From Verrucomicrobiales bacterium (GTDB taxonomy: Bacteria > Verrucomicrobiota > Verrucomicrobiia > Verrucomicrobiales > DEV007): a DNA stretch of 64,000 nt. Position 1 is the first letter of the stretch. Each line of letters starts with the position of its first letter. Positions 38,401-47,428 of the stretch are shown piece by piece. The notes under the pieces are model-generated. The model did not search any database. It saw only the letters and a list, made by a program, of their open reading frames with translations, and had not been told where the DNA came from. A program made the position numbers and the translations under genes. The stretch lies in contig JBLWYI010000013.1 of the NCBI GenBank assembly GCA_048267005.1, forward strand, positions 118,455 through 182,454. The letters are read 5' to 3'.

Positions 38401-40661
38401 AGGTTGGGTTGCTTCGTTTTGCTCCTGAAGACCGGGCGCTTGCGTTGCTGTTCCTTCACCAGTGGAAAACAGATGGGGGGCATGATCAACTCGCGAAGAA
38501 GATTCGTGGCCTTGGAATTCTAAGAGAGAGTTATGCTTCGGATGCGGTGGCTGAAATTTACGTTGGGGAAATCAAAGACGAGCTCAATCATTTTCTCGAA
38601 ACCAGTGCGAGAAACTGCCCTCGCCTTAAAGCGGCAAATATTGATCAAGCGGCTGAGTATTTGTTTTTCGAATTACTCGATGCAAAGAAGTTTGCGATAT
38701 CGCCTCAAGCTGGCGAGGTCGTGAAACAGTTTCAGCATACGTTAACCGCGAAGCGGCTTGAGAAGCAGTTCGCGGCCGCGGTGGAAGGTTTCAATGGTGA
38801 TGCCACGGGACGCTTCGAAGTCACTCGCGACTGGATCGAGGGAATCTGTGGAGCTGAGATTGAGAAGAATGAGGTTTCCCCTGATCAACTGTCAACGGAC
38901 GGAGAGAAGCAGGAACGATCCAACACTGTAAGTTCGTTGAACGTACCCTATTGGATCGAAGCGGCGGTTCATCTGGTTCGGGGAGGGTTTGAATTGACGG
39001 CGATTCAGCAGATTGAAATGTCAGCCGCTTTGGAGGGGATTACCGGGTCGCACTCACTTGTGGAAGACGGGGTTTACCAGTTCGATTATATCAATTTCAC
39101 TCAGAGGTTGCGTCGTTTTGAAACCGAGGACGCTCCGCGCTTCGCTGCGTATCAGCATCGCAAAACCGATTTGATCGAATCCAAGCGCGAGGAGATGCGT
39201 TTGGAAGAGTTTAAGCCCAAGGTGATGTCTGCATTTGTGCGGAATAAATTACTGAACCGAATCTATCTCCCGTTGATCGGTGACAATCTGGCGAAGCAAA
39301 TGGGAACTGCCGGTGCGGATACCCGGACAGACCGAATGGGAATGTTGCTTCTGATTTCTCCGCCCGGATACGGAAAGACGACTTTGATGGAATACGTCGC
39401 CAACCGGTTGGGGATCACATTCATGAAGATCAACGGGCCGGCCATCGGGCATGATGTGACTTCCCTGGATCCGGAAGAAGCGCCCAATGCAAGCGCCCGC
39501 GAGGAGGTCAACAAGCTGAACCTGTCGCTTGAGATGGGGGACAATGTCATGATTTATCTCGATGACATTCAGCACTGCAACCCTGAGTTTTTGCAGAAGT
39601 TTATTTCGCTATGTGATGCTCAGCGGAAGATCGAGGGCGTCTGGAAAGGCAAGCCGCGCACTTATGACTTGAGGGGAAAAAAGGTCTGCGTCGTGATGGC
39701 TGGAAACCCTTACACCGAGAGCGGTGGCAAGTTTCAGATTCCCGACATGCTCGCGAACCGGGCGGACACTTATAATCTGGGGGATATCATCGGGGCTCAT
39801 TCCGGTGACTTCGAGGCGAGTTACGTCGAGAACTGCCTCACTTCGAACTCTGTCCTGAGTCAACTCGCCAGTCGCAGTCAGTCGGATGTCTATTCGGTGA
39901 TGAAGATTGCGGAAACGGGCAGCCACGAAGGAGTCGACTTTGAAGGGAACTATTCGATGGAAGAGATTGAAGACTTGGTCTCGGTGATGAAGAAGTTGAT
40001 GCGGGTTCGCGATACGATCCTGCGGGTAAATATGGAATACATCCGTTCCGCCGCGATGGAAGATGACTACCGCACCGAGCCACCATTTAGAATGCAGGGC
40101 TCATACCGGAACATGAACCGGATCGCTGAGAAGATCTTACCGATCATGACGGATGCCGAGGTCGAGCAAGTGATTATGGATCACTATGAAAATGAATCGC
40201 AGACGCTGACGGCCGGAGCGGAGGCAAATTTGCTGAAATTCCGGGAGCTGGAAGGGATTCAGACTGATGAGGAGAAAGTGCGGTGGGATGAGATTAAATC
40301 GAAGTTCAATCGCAATCAGTTGATGGGCGGACGTGGTGAAAACGATCCTGTCTCACGGGTGGTTGGCACGCTGGCGAGTATTCATGAAACTCTGGCAAAA
40401 GCGGCAACGCACCAGATGCAGCCTGCTACGTTGGCTGATGTAACGGTTGAGAGGTTGGCTGAAATTATTGCAAACCTGCGAGCGGTTCCGGTGGATGTAG
40501 AGATCAAGGTGGTTCCCGTTCACGAAGGCGAAGAAGAGGGGCCTCCTAAGAAGGTATCGAAAAAGAAGTCAGCTAAAACGAAAAAGATCTCAGGCAAGGA
40601 GATCAACCTTCCCGTGGATGTTGAGGCTGTCGTCGACCAAAAAGATGGTAATTCGGACTAG
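35466..40661 (+). CDS. Giant (1731 aa) protein of unknown function with a single MoxR/AAA_5-like P-loop ATPase module near the C-terminus
   Basis: ATG at 35466; Walker A 'SPPGYGKTT' (~aa 1290), Walker B 'VMIYLDDIQH', sensor-1-like 'VVMAGNP', Arg-finger-like 'DMLANRADTY'; ~1250 aa upstream with no motifs I recognise; Lys-rich C-terminal tail. Confidence 0.85.
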   Translation: MPEEPIEKNTDAGASGAEQQLEGGAYEIIRNRLTQHGSDLRTRLGKLNSERQAVFGAVEPALIATERVTTDNNCEARDIIAVGDNKFIFGYNVHIGLKSITDLADVFAAYEYDPDTHTFSDVGLDILNKGTFAEDFLYLYKYYRETVFVKFMKIGPHLYMAFRVGKKVDDIKCFKWLIKEGGVLEYIGNRFDHEYRFPPQQEFEWVRAHRGMYREGMHPHVSIDDRLFVETVGGDLTVKVEDNTESGEGIYEEQVTNEDQTLDDAEIFYAIVGSLILLKVLPYQEKDYRYLVYNEKVKSVTRIDSIANSCVLLPEDHGIIFSDGFHLQTGDTKRFDSGLRDMLFERRVASPNGEDFLYVFYNRLSGTYVLMSYNLIDQKVDNPIVCNGYTVFKNGELIYFRTDEEPKKHHALQVWTTPYMEGEFRVDEKTDSYLFKIGNAEVVRAMAECHEILNLISRDDSYADLYVDLTKKAGDLIDTYFWIGQEAAFNLKAALGEIKGAAEAAISEFDKVQRLRKSTADESKRVSDSAKQIAKAARNTRPDDIMGFVHRLSELRTVRGEIISLKDLRYVDSDTVESLEAEVVEATEMVSQNCVEFLLEPVALDPYREQVSVQEKRVPEVAKVTEADQVEEELDKAGAELEMLIEIVTNLKIEDATQTTQIIDDISAIYATLNAVRASLRNRRKALSKTEGAAQFGAQVKLINQAVINYLDLCETPEKTDEYLSKVMVQLEELEGNFSDFEDYVDELTEKRDEIYNAFESKKVALVEARNKRAGSLVKSAERVLTTIQHRLSSLDSIPDINGYLAGDLMVEKVRDIIEQLNLVGDSVKADDIQTRLKTLRDDSVRQLKDRQELFVDGKNIIQFGNNKFSVNSQELELSIVPHNEKMCFHLSGTDFFEAVTDEEFLSTKSVWNQEVLSENRTVYRAEYLAWKCLQAGVEPTLEAVQKFMAPRYAEGYTKGVHDRDGFAIYEKLHSVHSQVGLLRFAPEDRALALLFLHQWKTDGGHDQLAKKIRGLGILRESYASDAVAEIYVGEIKDELNHFLETSARNCPRLKAANIDQAAEYLFFELLDAKKFAISPQAGEVVKQFQHTLTAKRLEKQFAAAVEGFNGDATGRFEVTRDWIEGICGAEIEKNEVSPDQLSTDGEKQERSNTVSSLNVPYWIEAAVHLVRGGFELTAIQQIEMSAALEGITGSHSLVEDGVYQFDYINFTQRLRRFETEDAPRFAAYQHRKTDLIESKREEMRLEEFKPKVMSAFVRNKLLNRIYLPLIGDNLAKQMGTAGADTRTDRMGMLLLISPPGYGKTTLMEYVANRLGITFMKINGPAIGHDVTSLDPEEAPNASAREEVNKLNLSLEMGDNVMIYLDDIQHCNPEFLQKFISLCDAQRKIEGVWKGKPRTYDLRGKKVCVVMAGNPYTESGGKFQIPDMLANRADTYNLGDIIGAHSGDFEASYVENCLTSNSVLSQLASRSQSDVYSVMKIAETGSHEGVDFEGNYSMEEIEDLVSVMKKLMRVRDTILRVNMEYIRSAAMEDDYRTEPPFRMQGSYRNMNRIAEKILPIMTDAEVEQVIMDHYENESQTLTAGAEANLLKFRELEGIQTDEEKVRWDEIKSKFNRNQLMGGRGENDPVSRVVGTLASIHETLAKAATHQMQPATLADVTVERLAEIIANLRAVPVDVEIKVVPVHEGEEEGPPKKVSKKKSAKTKKISGKEINLPVDVEAVVDQKDGNSD

Positions 40662-40703
40662 ACCGAATTATCCACCTTCGTAGCCTCCCAAGCGCGCCAC
40701 TTA

Positions 40704-40726
40704 GGCGGTTGCTACGCCGCCTTTTT
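40704..40726 (+). terminator. Possible terminator hairpin (ggcgg..gccgcc + TTTTT) overlapping the 3' end of the convergent sulfatase gene
   Basis: Short GC stem with a T-run ~45 bp after the giant gene stop; weak. Confidence 0.3.
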
Positions 40727-42295
40727 CTTCTGGTCTGCTTTAGGTTTGGCTTTCCCCTTGTTTTTCATTCTCTGATCACGTCGACTTGGAGGGTCCTGTG
40801 CCGGGAGCTGATAAACTTCGCGCAGACGTTTCAGCTCAGCTTCGAGCGCCTTCTGAATTTCTGCGTATTCCGGCTTGCCGTGAACAGAGACAAGTTCGTT
40901 GGGATCTTTTTGGATATCGAAAAGCTCGAATTCGGCGGGTTCAAGATTGTAATAATGAATCAGCTTATGTTTTCCATCAGTGACGCCGTAGTGGCGGGCC
41001 ACGGAGTGCGCTCCGGGGAACTCATAGTAGTGATAGTAAAAAGAAGTCCGCCAGTCTTCGGGGGTGTTTCCTTTAAAGATAGGAACGAGGCTCTTGCCTT
41101 GCATATCGGCCGGTACTTCGACGCCTGCGAGATCCAAAAAGGTTTCTGCAAAGTCGAGGTTCGAGACAATGTCGTTGTTGACCGAACCGGGCTTGATGAC
41201 GCCGGGCCAGCGGGCGAGAAGTGGTGTCTTGAGTGATTCTTCATACATCCAGCGTTTGTCGAACCATCCATGTTCACCAAGATACCAGCCTTGGTCACTG
41301 GAATAAATAACGATGGTGTTCTCAGCCAGCCCGGCTTCCTCAAGGTAGTCAAGAACGTCGCCGATTGCGTCATCTACAGACTTCACACAGCGGAGGTAGT
41401 CCTTCACGTAGCGCTGATATTTCCATTTGATGATTTCCTTCTCCGTCATGGAGTCACGCTTTGCGAGATAGGCTTCATTCTTCGGCTTGTAGGCTGCGTC
41501 CCATGCCGCCCGCTGCTCAGACGTCAGGTTTCCTGGGGCTTTTAGTTTCAAGTCGGCTTCGGTAAGATGCCGTTTGATTTCCATGGTCTGCTTTCCCGCG
41601 GGGCTCGCCCGGTTGGCGTAGTCGTCAAACAGTGTTTGGGGTTCGGCGATCGTTTCATCGTCCAGCCAGGTCAGGTATTTCGGCCCGGGTTGCCAGTTGC
41701 GGTGCGGGGCTTTGTGCTGAAACATCAGCATGAATGGTTTGTCGTCCTTGCGCTGGTTCTTCAGCCAATCGAGGGCTTTATCGCGGATGATATCAGTGGT
41801 GTATCCGATATGTTCCCGCTTGGTTGCTTTTGCTTCAATGCCACCGTGGAGCATGGGTGGATTGTAATAGGGGCCCTGTCCAACAAGAACGTCGAAGTAA
41901 TCGTAACCCTGTGGAGTCGATCCAAGGTGCCACTTACCGACGACGGCAGTCTGATACCCGGCGGCGTGGAGCAGTTTAGGAAAGGTCTGTTGATCTCCGT
42001 TGAAGGTATTCCCGTTGGTCATGAAACCGTTGAGATGACTGTACTTTCCGGTTTGAATGACGGCGCGACTTGGGCCGCAAATACCGTTCGTGACATAACA
42101 GCGTTTGAATTTCATGCCTTCATTAGCAATGCGATCCATATGAGGCGTGATGATTCGGGAATCATCATAGGCGCTCAGTGCCTGCTCACAGTGATCGTCC
42201 GTGAAGATAAAAACGATATTTGGCCGGTCAGCAGATCGGGCGACGCCGGCCAGCAGCAAACTGCAGAGCAGGATTACAGGGGTGAAATTCTTCAT
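40712..42295 (-). CDS. Sulfatase (secreted)
   Basis: ATG at 42295 gives signal peptide '[22 protein letters not shown]'; '[15 protein letters not shown]' sulfatase motif. Confidence 0.9.
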   Translation of the reverse strand: MKNFTPVILLCSLLLAGVARSADRPNIVFIFTDDHCEQALSAYDDSRIITPHMDRIANEGMKFKRCYVTNGICGPSRAVIQTGKYSHLNGFMTNGNTFNGDQQTFPKLLHAAGYQTAVVGKWHLGSTPQGYDYFDVLVGQGPYYNPPMLHGGIEAKATKREHIGYTTDIIRDKALDWLKNQRKDDKPFMLMFQHKAPHRNWQPGPKYLTWLDDETIAEPQTLFDDYANRASPAGKQTMEIKRHLTEADLKLKAPGNLTSEQRAAWDAAYKPKNEAYLAKRDSMTEKEIIKWKYQRYVKDYLRCVKSVDDAIGDVLDYLEEAGLAENTIVIYSSDQGWYLGEHGWFDKRWMYEESLKTPLLARWPGVIKPGSVNNDIVSNLDFAETFLDLAGVEVPADMQGKSLVPIFKGNTPEDWRTSFYYHYYEFPGAHSVARHYGVTDGKHKLIHYYNLEPAEFELFDIQKDPNELVSVHGKPEYAEIQKALEAELKRLREVYQLPAQDPPSRRDQRMKNKGKAKPKADQKKKAA

Positions 42296-42435
42296 GGCGA
42301 TAAAGTGACTGAAATTGAGGTGAGCGGCAATCCCACGAATGGGCCTCTTTCTTCGGAACAAGGTTGAAGTGTTTGCTTTTTCATGCAAAATCGACTGATC
42401 GATTCGTCAAACTCGTATCGTTATCTGATCCTAAG

Positions 42436-43056
42436 ATGAAAAATCTTCTTCGTTCCTCTCCCGTTTTCGCACTCTTTGCTGCTGTGTTCCAGGTCTGTGG
42501 CCCTGAGTTATTTGCTGTCGACTTTGATGAGGATGTTGAGCCCATTCTCCGGAAGAAGTGCTTCAAGTGCCACTCCGGTCCCCGTGCCAAGGGTGGCTTG
42601 CGGATGGATAACAAAACGTATTTTCAGAAGAAGATCGCGGAAGAGGATGGAATCCCGATTTTCCCCGGCCACCCTGAAAAGAGTTTGATGGTTAGAAAGA
42701 CATCGTTGCCCCGTACCGACACGGACGCCATGCCGCCGCCAACGCGTGGCGAGCCTTTGTCTGCTGTTGAGCTTGGAACAATCAAGAAATGGATCACCGA
42801 AGGTGCAAAGCTGGAAAAAACGGAGGGGACTGATGCTCCCACCACTCCCGACACTGATCCAAAACCTGCTGCGGACATGACCAAGCTTCACACTTGGACC
42901 AACACGGAAGGAAATTCGCTGAAAGCTGCGTTCGTAAAGCTTGATGGACGAAATGTGGTGTTGAAGAAAGAGGACGGAAGCGAGTTCTCCTACCCAATGT
43001 CGAGTCTTGCGGCTGAGAGTCGAAAGCTCGCAACTGACTTGTCTACTGCTCAGTAA
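42436..43056 (+). CDS. Secreted planctomycete cytochrome c-like domain protein with C-terminal SHD1-like domain
   Basis: ATG at 42436 ('MKNLLRSSPVFALFAAVF'); 'CFKCHSGPRAKGGLRMD'. Confidence 0.75.
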   Translation: MKNLLRSSPVFALFAAVFQVCGPELFAVDFDEDVEPILRKKCFKCHSGPRAKGGLRMDNKTYFQKKIAEEDGIPIFPGHPEKSLMVRKTSLPRTDTDAMPPPTRGEPLSAVELGTIKKWITEGAKLEKTEGTDAPTTPDTDPKPAADMTKLHTWTNTEGNSLKAAFVKLDGRNVVLKKEDGSEFSYPMSSLAAESRKLATDLSTAQ

Positions 43057-43076
43057 AAGTATCGTGTCTGACTGAC

Positions 43077-44081
43077 ATGGCCGCTGCGGATTCGCTTACT
43101 ACCGGTCTTGTCTTGCAGGATCTGGGCGGAGTCATTCTCGTGACACTGGCTTTTGGCCTGGTGTTCCATGGCATCCGCCGATCAATCTTTGGAGGGAAAT
43201 CAAGGGGTGAGCCCAGCCCTGCTATAGGAATTCCCGGACCGCTGAATGCGGAAGTCCCCCCGCTTCCGGGGCAGAAGCGGCAGGCGGGAGTCGATTCAAG
43301 TCACTTCACGTGGTGGGATTTACTGATTTGCAGTGTGGTCCTCTTCTTCTTTGTGATTCCCATCATATTGATCGATTCCGATGCGGTTCAAGATTCATTG
43401 AAGGCTGTGGATGGGGCTGCTGAAAACGCTGATTCCGTTAAGATGAAGACGTTTTTCGCACAGATCTTCATGTATATCATGCTCACGACCATGATCATCA
43501 CGATGATCCAGTGGGTGGGGATGCGGAATCCCGTGGTTGTCCTGGGATTGAAGAATCAAAGCTTTCGTTCCGTGCTGATCTGGGTGGCACTGGCGTCGGT
43601 GGTGGCCGTTTACAGCGTGAACTGGGTGAGTGGATTTTCCAGTGCTTACACTCAAAGTCTCTTTGGGGAAATGGAGTTACAGGCTCCTGTGAAGAGTCTG
43701 CAGAACTCTGAATCACTGACTAGCCAGATAATGATGGTTTTTACTGCTGTGATTCTCGCACCTCTCTTCGAGGAACTCGTCTTCCGTGGTTACTTCTATG
43801 GTATCCTGAAGAAATTTACCGACCCCATGTTCGCGGCGTTTACCAGTGGAGCGGTGTTCGCACTTATTCACATGAACCTCCCGGCCGTTTTACCGCTGTG
43901 GTTCTTCGCCATTTTCCTAACATTGACTTATGAAGCCAGTCGCAGTTTGTGGGTGCCGATAGGAATTCATGCGGTCTTCAATGCCGTGACCGTCACCATG
44001 ATTTTTCTCTCGAAGAACGAGGAGGTTGCACCGATCGAAGATGCCGTCACCTCATTTGGCGGCTATCTTATTCGCGGATGA
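43077..44081 (+). CDS. CPBP family intramembrane metalloprotease (CAAX protease / Abi-like)
   Basis: 'APLFEELVFRGYFYG' and 'FALIHM' CPBP motifs; multiple TM helices. Confidence 0.85.
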   Translation: MAAADSLTTGLVLQDLGGVILVTLAFGLVFHGIRRSIFGGKSRGEPSPAIGIPGPLNAEVPPLPGQKRQAGVDSSHFTWWDLLICSVVLFFFVIPIILIDSDAVQDSLKAVDGAAENADSVKMKTFFAQIFMYIMLTTMIITMIQWVGMRNPVVVLGLKNQSFRSVLIWVALASVVAVYSVNWVSGFSSAYTQSLFGEMELQAPVKSLQNSESLTSQIMMVFTAVILAPLFEELVFRGYFYGILKKFTDPMFAAFTSGAVFALIHMNLPAVLPLWFFAIFLTLTYEASRSLWVPIGIHAVFNAVTVTMIFLSKNEEVAPIEDAVTSFGGYLIRG

Positions 44082-44947
44082 GCGACAGCCTTTCAGATAT
44101 CGGGGAAGATGGTTTGATTGACCGTATCACGCGTGAACTGCCACTCGACCCAAAGTGGGTGATCGTTGGGCCGGGGGACGATTGCGCAGTACTTCGCACC
44201 GCAGATCCCCGGGTCTATCAATTGCAGAAGACAGATTGTGTCGTTGAAGGCATACACTTTCTACGGGAGACCCCTCCTTCGAAAATCGGATGGAAAGCGA
44301 TGGCCCGGGCAGTGAGTGACATTGCGTCCATGGGTAGTAAGGCCCGGCCAATATCAGCAATGGTCACTGTTGCGTTTGGTAAAGACCGGTCCGTCTCCGA
44401 TATCGAAGGGTGGTATACAGGGATGAGAAAATGCGCCGAAGCATATAAATTTTCGATCGTGGGCGGTGAAACCACATCACTCCCCCCAGGGGCTTCCACG
44501 ATGATCTCTGTAGCAATGATAGGGGAAGTGCCGCACAACAATTGCGTGTTGAGAAGCGGTGCGAAAACGGGAGACTTTATCGGTGTTTCAGGAAACCTGG
44601 GAGGCTCGTTTGAAAGTGAACGGCATCTCAGTTTCGAACCGCGGATCGGTTTCGGGGTGAATCTCAGCCCGACCGCAATGATGGATCTCAGCGATGGATT
44701 GGCGAAAGATCTTCCCCGACTCGCACGGGCCAGTGGCGTGGGATTTGCACTGGACTTAGATTCCATTCCGCGGCATGACGGCTGCGATTTGAAGGCTGCT
44801 CTGACGGATGGAGAAGACTACGAATTGCTGATGACACTTCCGGAAAGACCTCCTGCAGATTCAGGGGTTACGGTGATTGGTCGTATCACTGAAACGATAG
44901 AAACACCGCTTGATGGTGGATGGGATCACTTTACTCCAACTTCTTAA
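44078..44947 (+). CDS. thiL: Thiamine-monophosphate kinase (PurM-like fold)
   Basis: ATG at 44078 overlaps the CPBP stop (ATGA); 'GEDGLIDRITRELPLDPKWVIVGPGDDCAVL' ThiL-like N-terminus. Confidence 0.75.
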   Translation: MSDSLSDIGEDGLIDRITRELPLDPKWVIVGPGDDCAVLRTADPRVYQLQKTDCVVEGIHFLRETPPSKIGWKAMARAVSDIASMGSKARPISAMVTVAFGKDRSVSDIEGWYTGMRKCAEAYKFSIVGGETTSLPPGASTMISVAMIGEVPHNNCVLRSGAKTGDFIGVSGNLGGSFESERHLSFEPRIGFGVNLSPTAMMDLSDGLAKDLPRLARASGVGFALDLDSIPRHDGCDLKAALTDGEDYELLMTLPERPPADSGVTVIGRITETIETPLDGGWDHFTPTS

Positions 44948-46130
44948 AGACCTCGGGCAATCCTTTCCCGGCTTCCCGTTGATTGGCAATGGTGAACGGC
45001 CGACCGTTCGGAGAGAACGCCGTTTTAAAAGGATCCACACCCATGGCCGCAGCGATGATTCCATTGAAGGTCTTTGCGGATACACGTCCTTCTTCCAGTG
45101 CAATTGCTTTGTCCGAGGTATTGCCAATGACCTTGCCTTTGGATAGTCCGCCACCAGCCATGACGGCGCAGGAATGTCTCAAACTGAATTGTCGTTGGGT
45201 GTCTTTTATTTTCCACCGGCCCACATCTGTTGCAATGACCACCAGTGTTGAATCCAGTAGGTTCCGCTTTTCCAGATCGAGAATTAGAGAGGAGAATCCG
45301 TCGTCGAGCTGTCCGCAAAGCTTCCTCGTCTCTTCCATGAACACAGTGCTTTCTTTATCCCATCCCGGTAATGCGACTTCGACAAAAAGGGCATCTGCTT
45401 TCTCCACCAGTCTCCTGGCTAAAAGACAACCCTTTCCAAAGTCGTGATCTCCATAGTCGGCTTGCAATTCTACAGGCTCATCTTCCCAGGCCATCGCATC
45501 AGTGGCCAATTCAGTGCTGAAGAACCGGGCCGCAGTTGATGACTTCTCACGCGGCTCCAGTGCTTCGGAATTGAGTAACGAAAGCATACGACTTCTCGCC
45601 GTCCAGCGCTCCGGGGCGCCTTTGAATTTTGCTGCCATGTTAGGATTTGGAATGACGATGGGCTCGCAGATATGATTCGGGAAAAATCCAGAGCCTGTGT
45701 AAAGACTCCCGCTGATCCGAAAGTAGGGGCCGGCATTGGGAACTTGCATCGAAAGCCAGGCCCCAATACCGGGGTGGGAGATCGTCGTTCGCCTCTGATA
45801 GCCGGTCAGTCGGAAGTGCTGAGCGTCTTCAGTGACGTGAGTGAATCCGGACTCCACATTGCGAAAGACAACGCAACGGTCCAGCACTTTTGCCGTCTTC
45901 GGTAACAGTGATGAGATACGGCAATCCGGAATACTGGATTCGATGGCTTCGTAAGGTCCGGAGAGCCCATCCAAGTCCGGTTTCGGATCGAATGTCTCAA
46001 ACTGACTCATTCCACCGACCATATTCAGATAGATGACGTGCTTCGCATCGCCGCGATTTTCCTGACCAAAGCCGGCTGTGCTGAAAGCCACCCAGAAAGC
46101 GATCAGGCTATGGAACGGTTTGAAATTCAT
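44931..46130 (-). CDS. DUF1501 family protein (secreted)
   Basis: 'MNFKPFHSLIAFWVAFSTAGF' signal peptide; DUF1501 fold; follows a DUF1549-type gene. Confidence 0.85.
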   Translation of the reverse strand: MNFKPFHSLIAFWVAFSTAGFGQENRGDAKHVIYLNMVGGMSQFETFDPKPDLDGLSGPYEAIESSIPDCRISSLLPKTAKVLDRCVVFRNVESGFTHVTEDAQHFRLTGYQRRTTISHPGIGAWLSMQVPNAGPYFRISGSLYTGSGFFPNHICEPIVIPNPNMAAKFKGAPERWTARSRMLSLLNSEALEPREKSSTAARFFSTELATDAMAWEDEPVELQADYGDHDFGKGCLLARRLVEKADALFVEVALPGWDKESTVFMEETRKLCGQLDDGFSSLILDLEKRNLLDSTLVVIATDVGRWKIKDTQRQFSLRHSCAVMAGGGLSKGKVIGNTSDKAIALEEGRVSAKTFNGIIAAAMGVDPFKTAFSPNGRPFTIANQREAGKGLPEVFKKLE

Positions 46131-47421
46131 CAGATAGAAAGATAGTTCCATAAAGGTCCCGGGTGCCTTCAGGGGAAGCCGCACGCATTTTTTCGGCGTG
46201 CCCCACCTCATTGGGGCGGGGTGGTCGTGTCAGGGTTGCCAGCCAGATGTTCAAGGTTTGTTGGTCTTCCGGGAGGTCATGAGTCGCCAGTAGCGTATCT
46301 ACAAATTGGGCCTGCGAGAGGAACGGATCAAGAGGGGCCGGCGATTCGTCACGATTCGAGATTGATACTCCAAGCGCTGATTCGATTGAATCCAGCCATT
46401 GTTCACGCGTCATCAGAGTGCTTCTAATTTCTCCTTTAGCTGACGCTCTCTGGGCAAAGGTTGGTCCGTTGACAAAAGATTGGATCAATCTCAGCTCATC
46501 ATATTTGCTCAGCTTCAAAGTCCTGGTCATGGGCTGTAACTCACGCAATAGCTGGCTGGAATCGTCCCGATTCTTCCAGACCTCCGCCACCAGATCGGAG
46601 CGCCCCGTCAACCATTCCCCATAGCGCGCTCCCAGGATTTCGAGCGGCACGGAATTCGCCCGGAAGTTCGTCAGCCAGTTTCCGAAACTCCGGCGCGCTC
46701 TACCATTTTCCGGCCATGGATCGCCAGCTTTGACCTTTTTCAGGTCAGAGGGCGGTAGTGTCATCTTGAACTTCGCTCCGAATGGAGTTTCAGCAGAAAT
46801 GACATCCCCGGACTTTGCATCGGTGTAGAGGTAATTAGGAGGCAGAGTCACGAGTCCAGCGTTGTTCATGAAGCCAGCCAGTTGCATGAAATCCATCATC
46901 TTCCACTTCTCGAAGGGATGATCGTGGCATTGCGCGCATTCCAGATTGATTCCCAAAACTGAAGGCCCGACTTCGGCCAGGGCCGCTATTGAAGACTCCG
47001 AATCCGGTGAGCCGGGCCTCTGCGTGGCAAACCACACTTTCAGCCGCCCATCGACAGGAGTGTTGTTCGTGATCTCGTCACGAAGCCACGCGATGTCCTG
47101 CGGGTTTGTGATTTTCAGGTAGCTTGCCCAAAACCTCTCGCGTGATTTCAGGAAATCATCATGAGCCAGGAGTCGCCCTGTGAGTGCTTCGATATCACCC
47201 TCACGGATGAACTGATTCACTTCCTCAATATTGGGCGTCCGGTCAGCCAGCCGGAGATAAATTCGGCGCAGGAATTGAAATGCATCAGCTCCTTCTTCCT
47301 GAGAAATTCCCGCAGGTTGGAAAAGAGTCAGTCCCAAAAAAATAATGGCAGCCAGTCGCTTCACTGCAAAAATGATAGCCGGAAAACGGATTCTCGCGCA
47401 AGTTCCATCGAAGTTATTCAT
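46108..47421 (-). CDS. DUF1549/DUF1553-type protein lacking the N-terminal cytochrome-like domain
   Basis: 'LECAQCHDHPFEKW' DUF1549 signature; start taken at ATG 47421 ('MNNFDG...AIIFLGLTLF'); start uncertain. Confidence 0.7.
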   Translation of the reverse strand: MNNFDGTCARIRFPAIIFAVKRLAAIIFLGLTLFQPAGISQEEGADAFQFLRRIYLRLADRTPNIEEVNQFIREGDIEALTGRLLAHDDFLKSRERFWASYLKITNPQDIAWLRDEITNNTPVDGRLKVWFATQRPGSPDSESSIAALAEVGPSVLGINLECAQCHDHPFEKWKMMDFMQLAGFMNNAGLVTLPPNYLYTDAKSGDVISAETPFGAKFKMTLPPSDLKKVKAGDPWPENGRARRSFGNWLTNFRANSVPLEILGARYGEWLTGRSDLVAEVWKNRDDSSQLLRELQPMTRTLKLSKYDELRLIQSFVNGPTFAQRASAKGEIRSTLMTREQWLDSIESALGVSISNRDESPAPLDPFLSQAQFVDTLLATHDLPEDQQTLNIWLATLTRPPRPNEVGHAEKMRAASPEGTRDLYGTIFLSDEFQTVP

Positions 47422-47428
47422 TCCAGCA

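Noticed and set aside
35466-40661. Dynamin-like GTPase or SMC/Rad50-type protein as identity of the giant ORF
   Set aside because: There is no N-terminal G-domain (G1-G4) and no split ABC-type Walker A/B with a signature motif. The single P-loop is followed closely by a Walker B and sensor motifs in AAA_5-like spacing.
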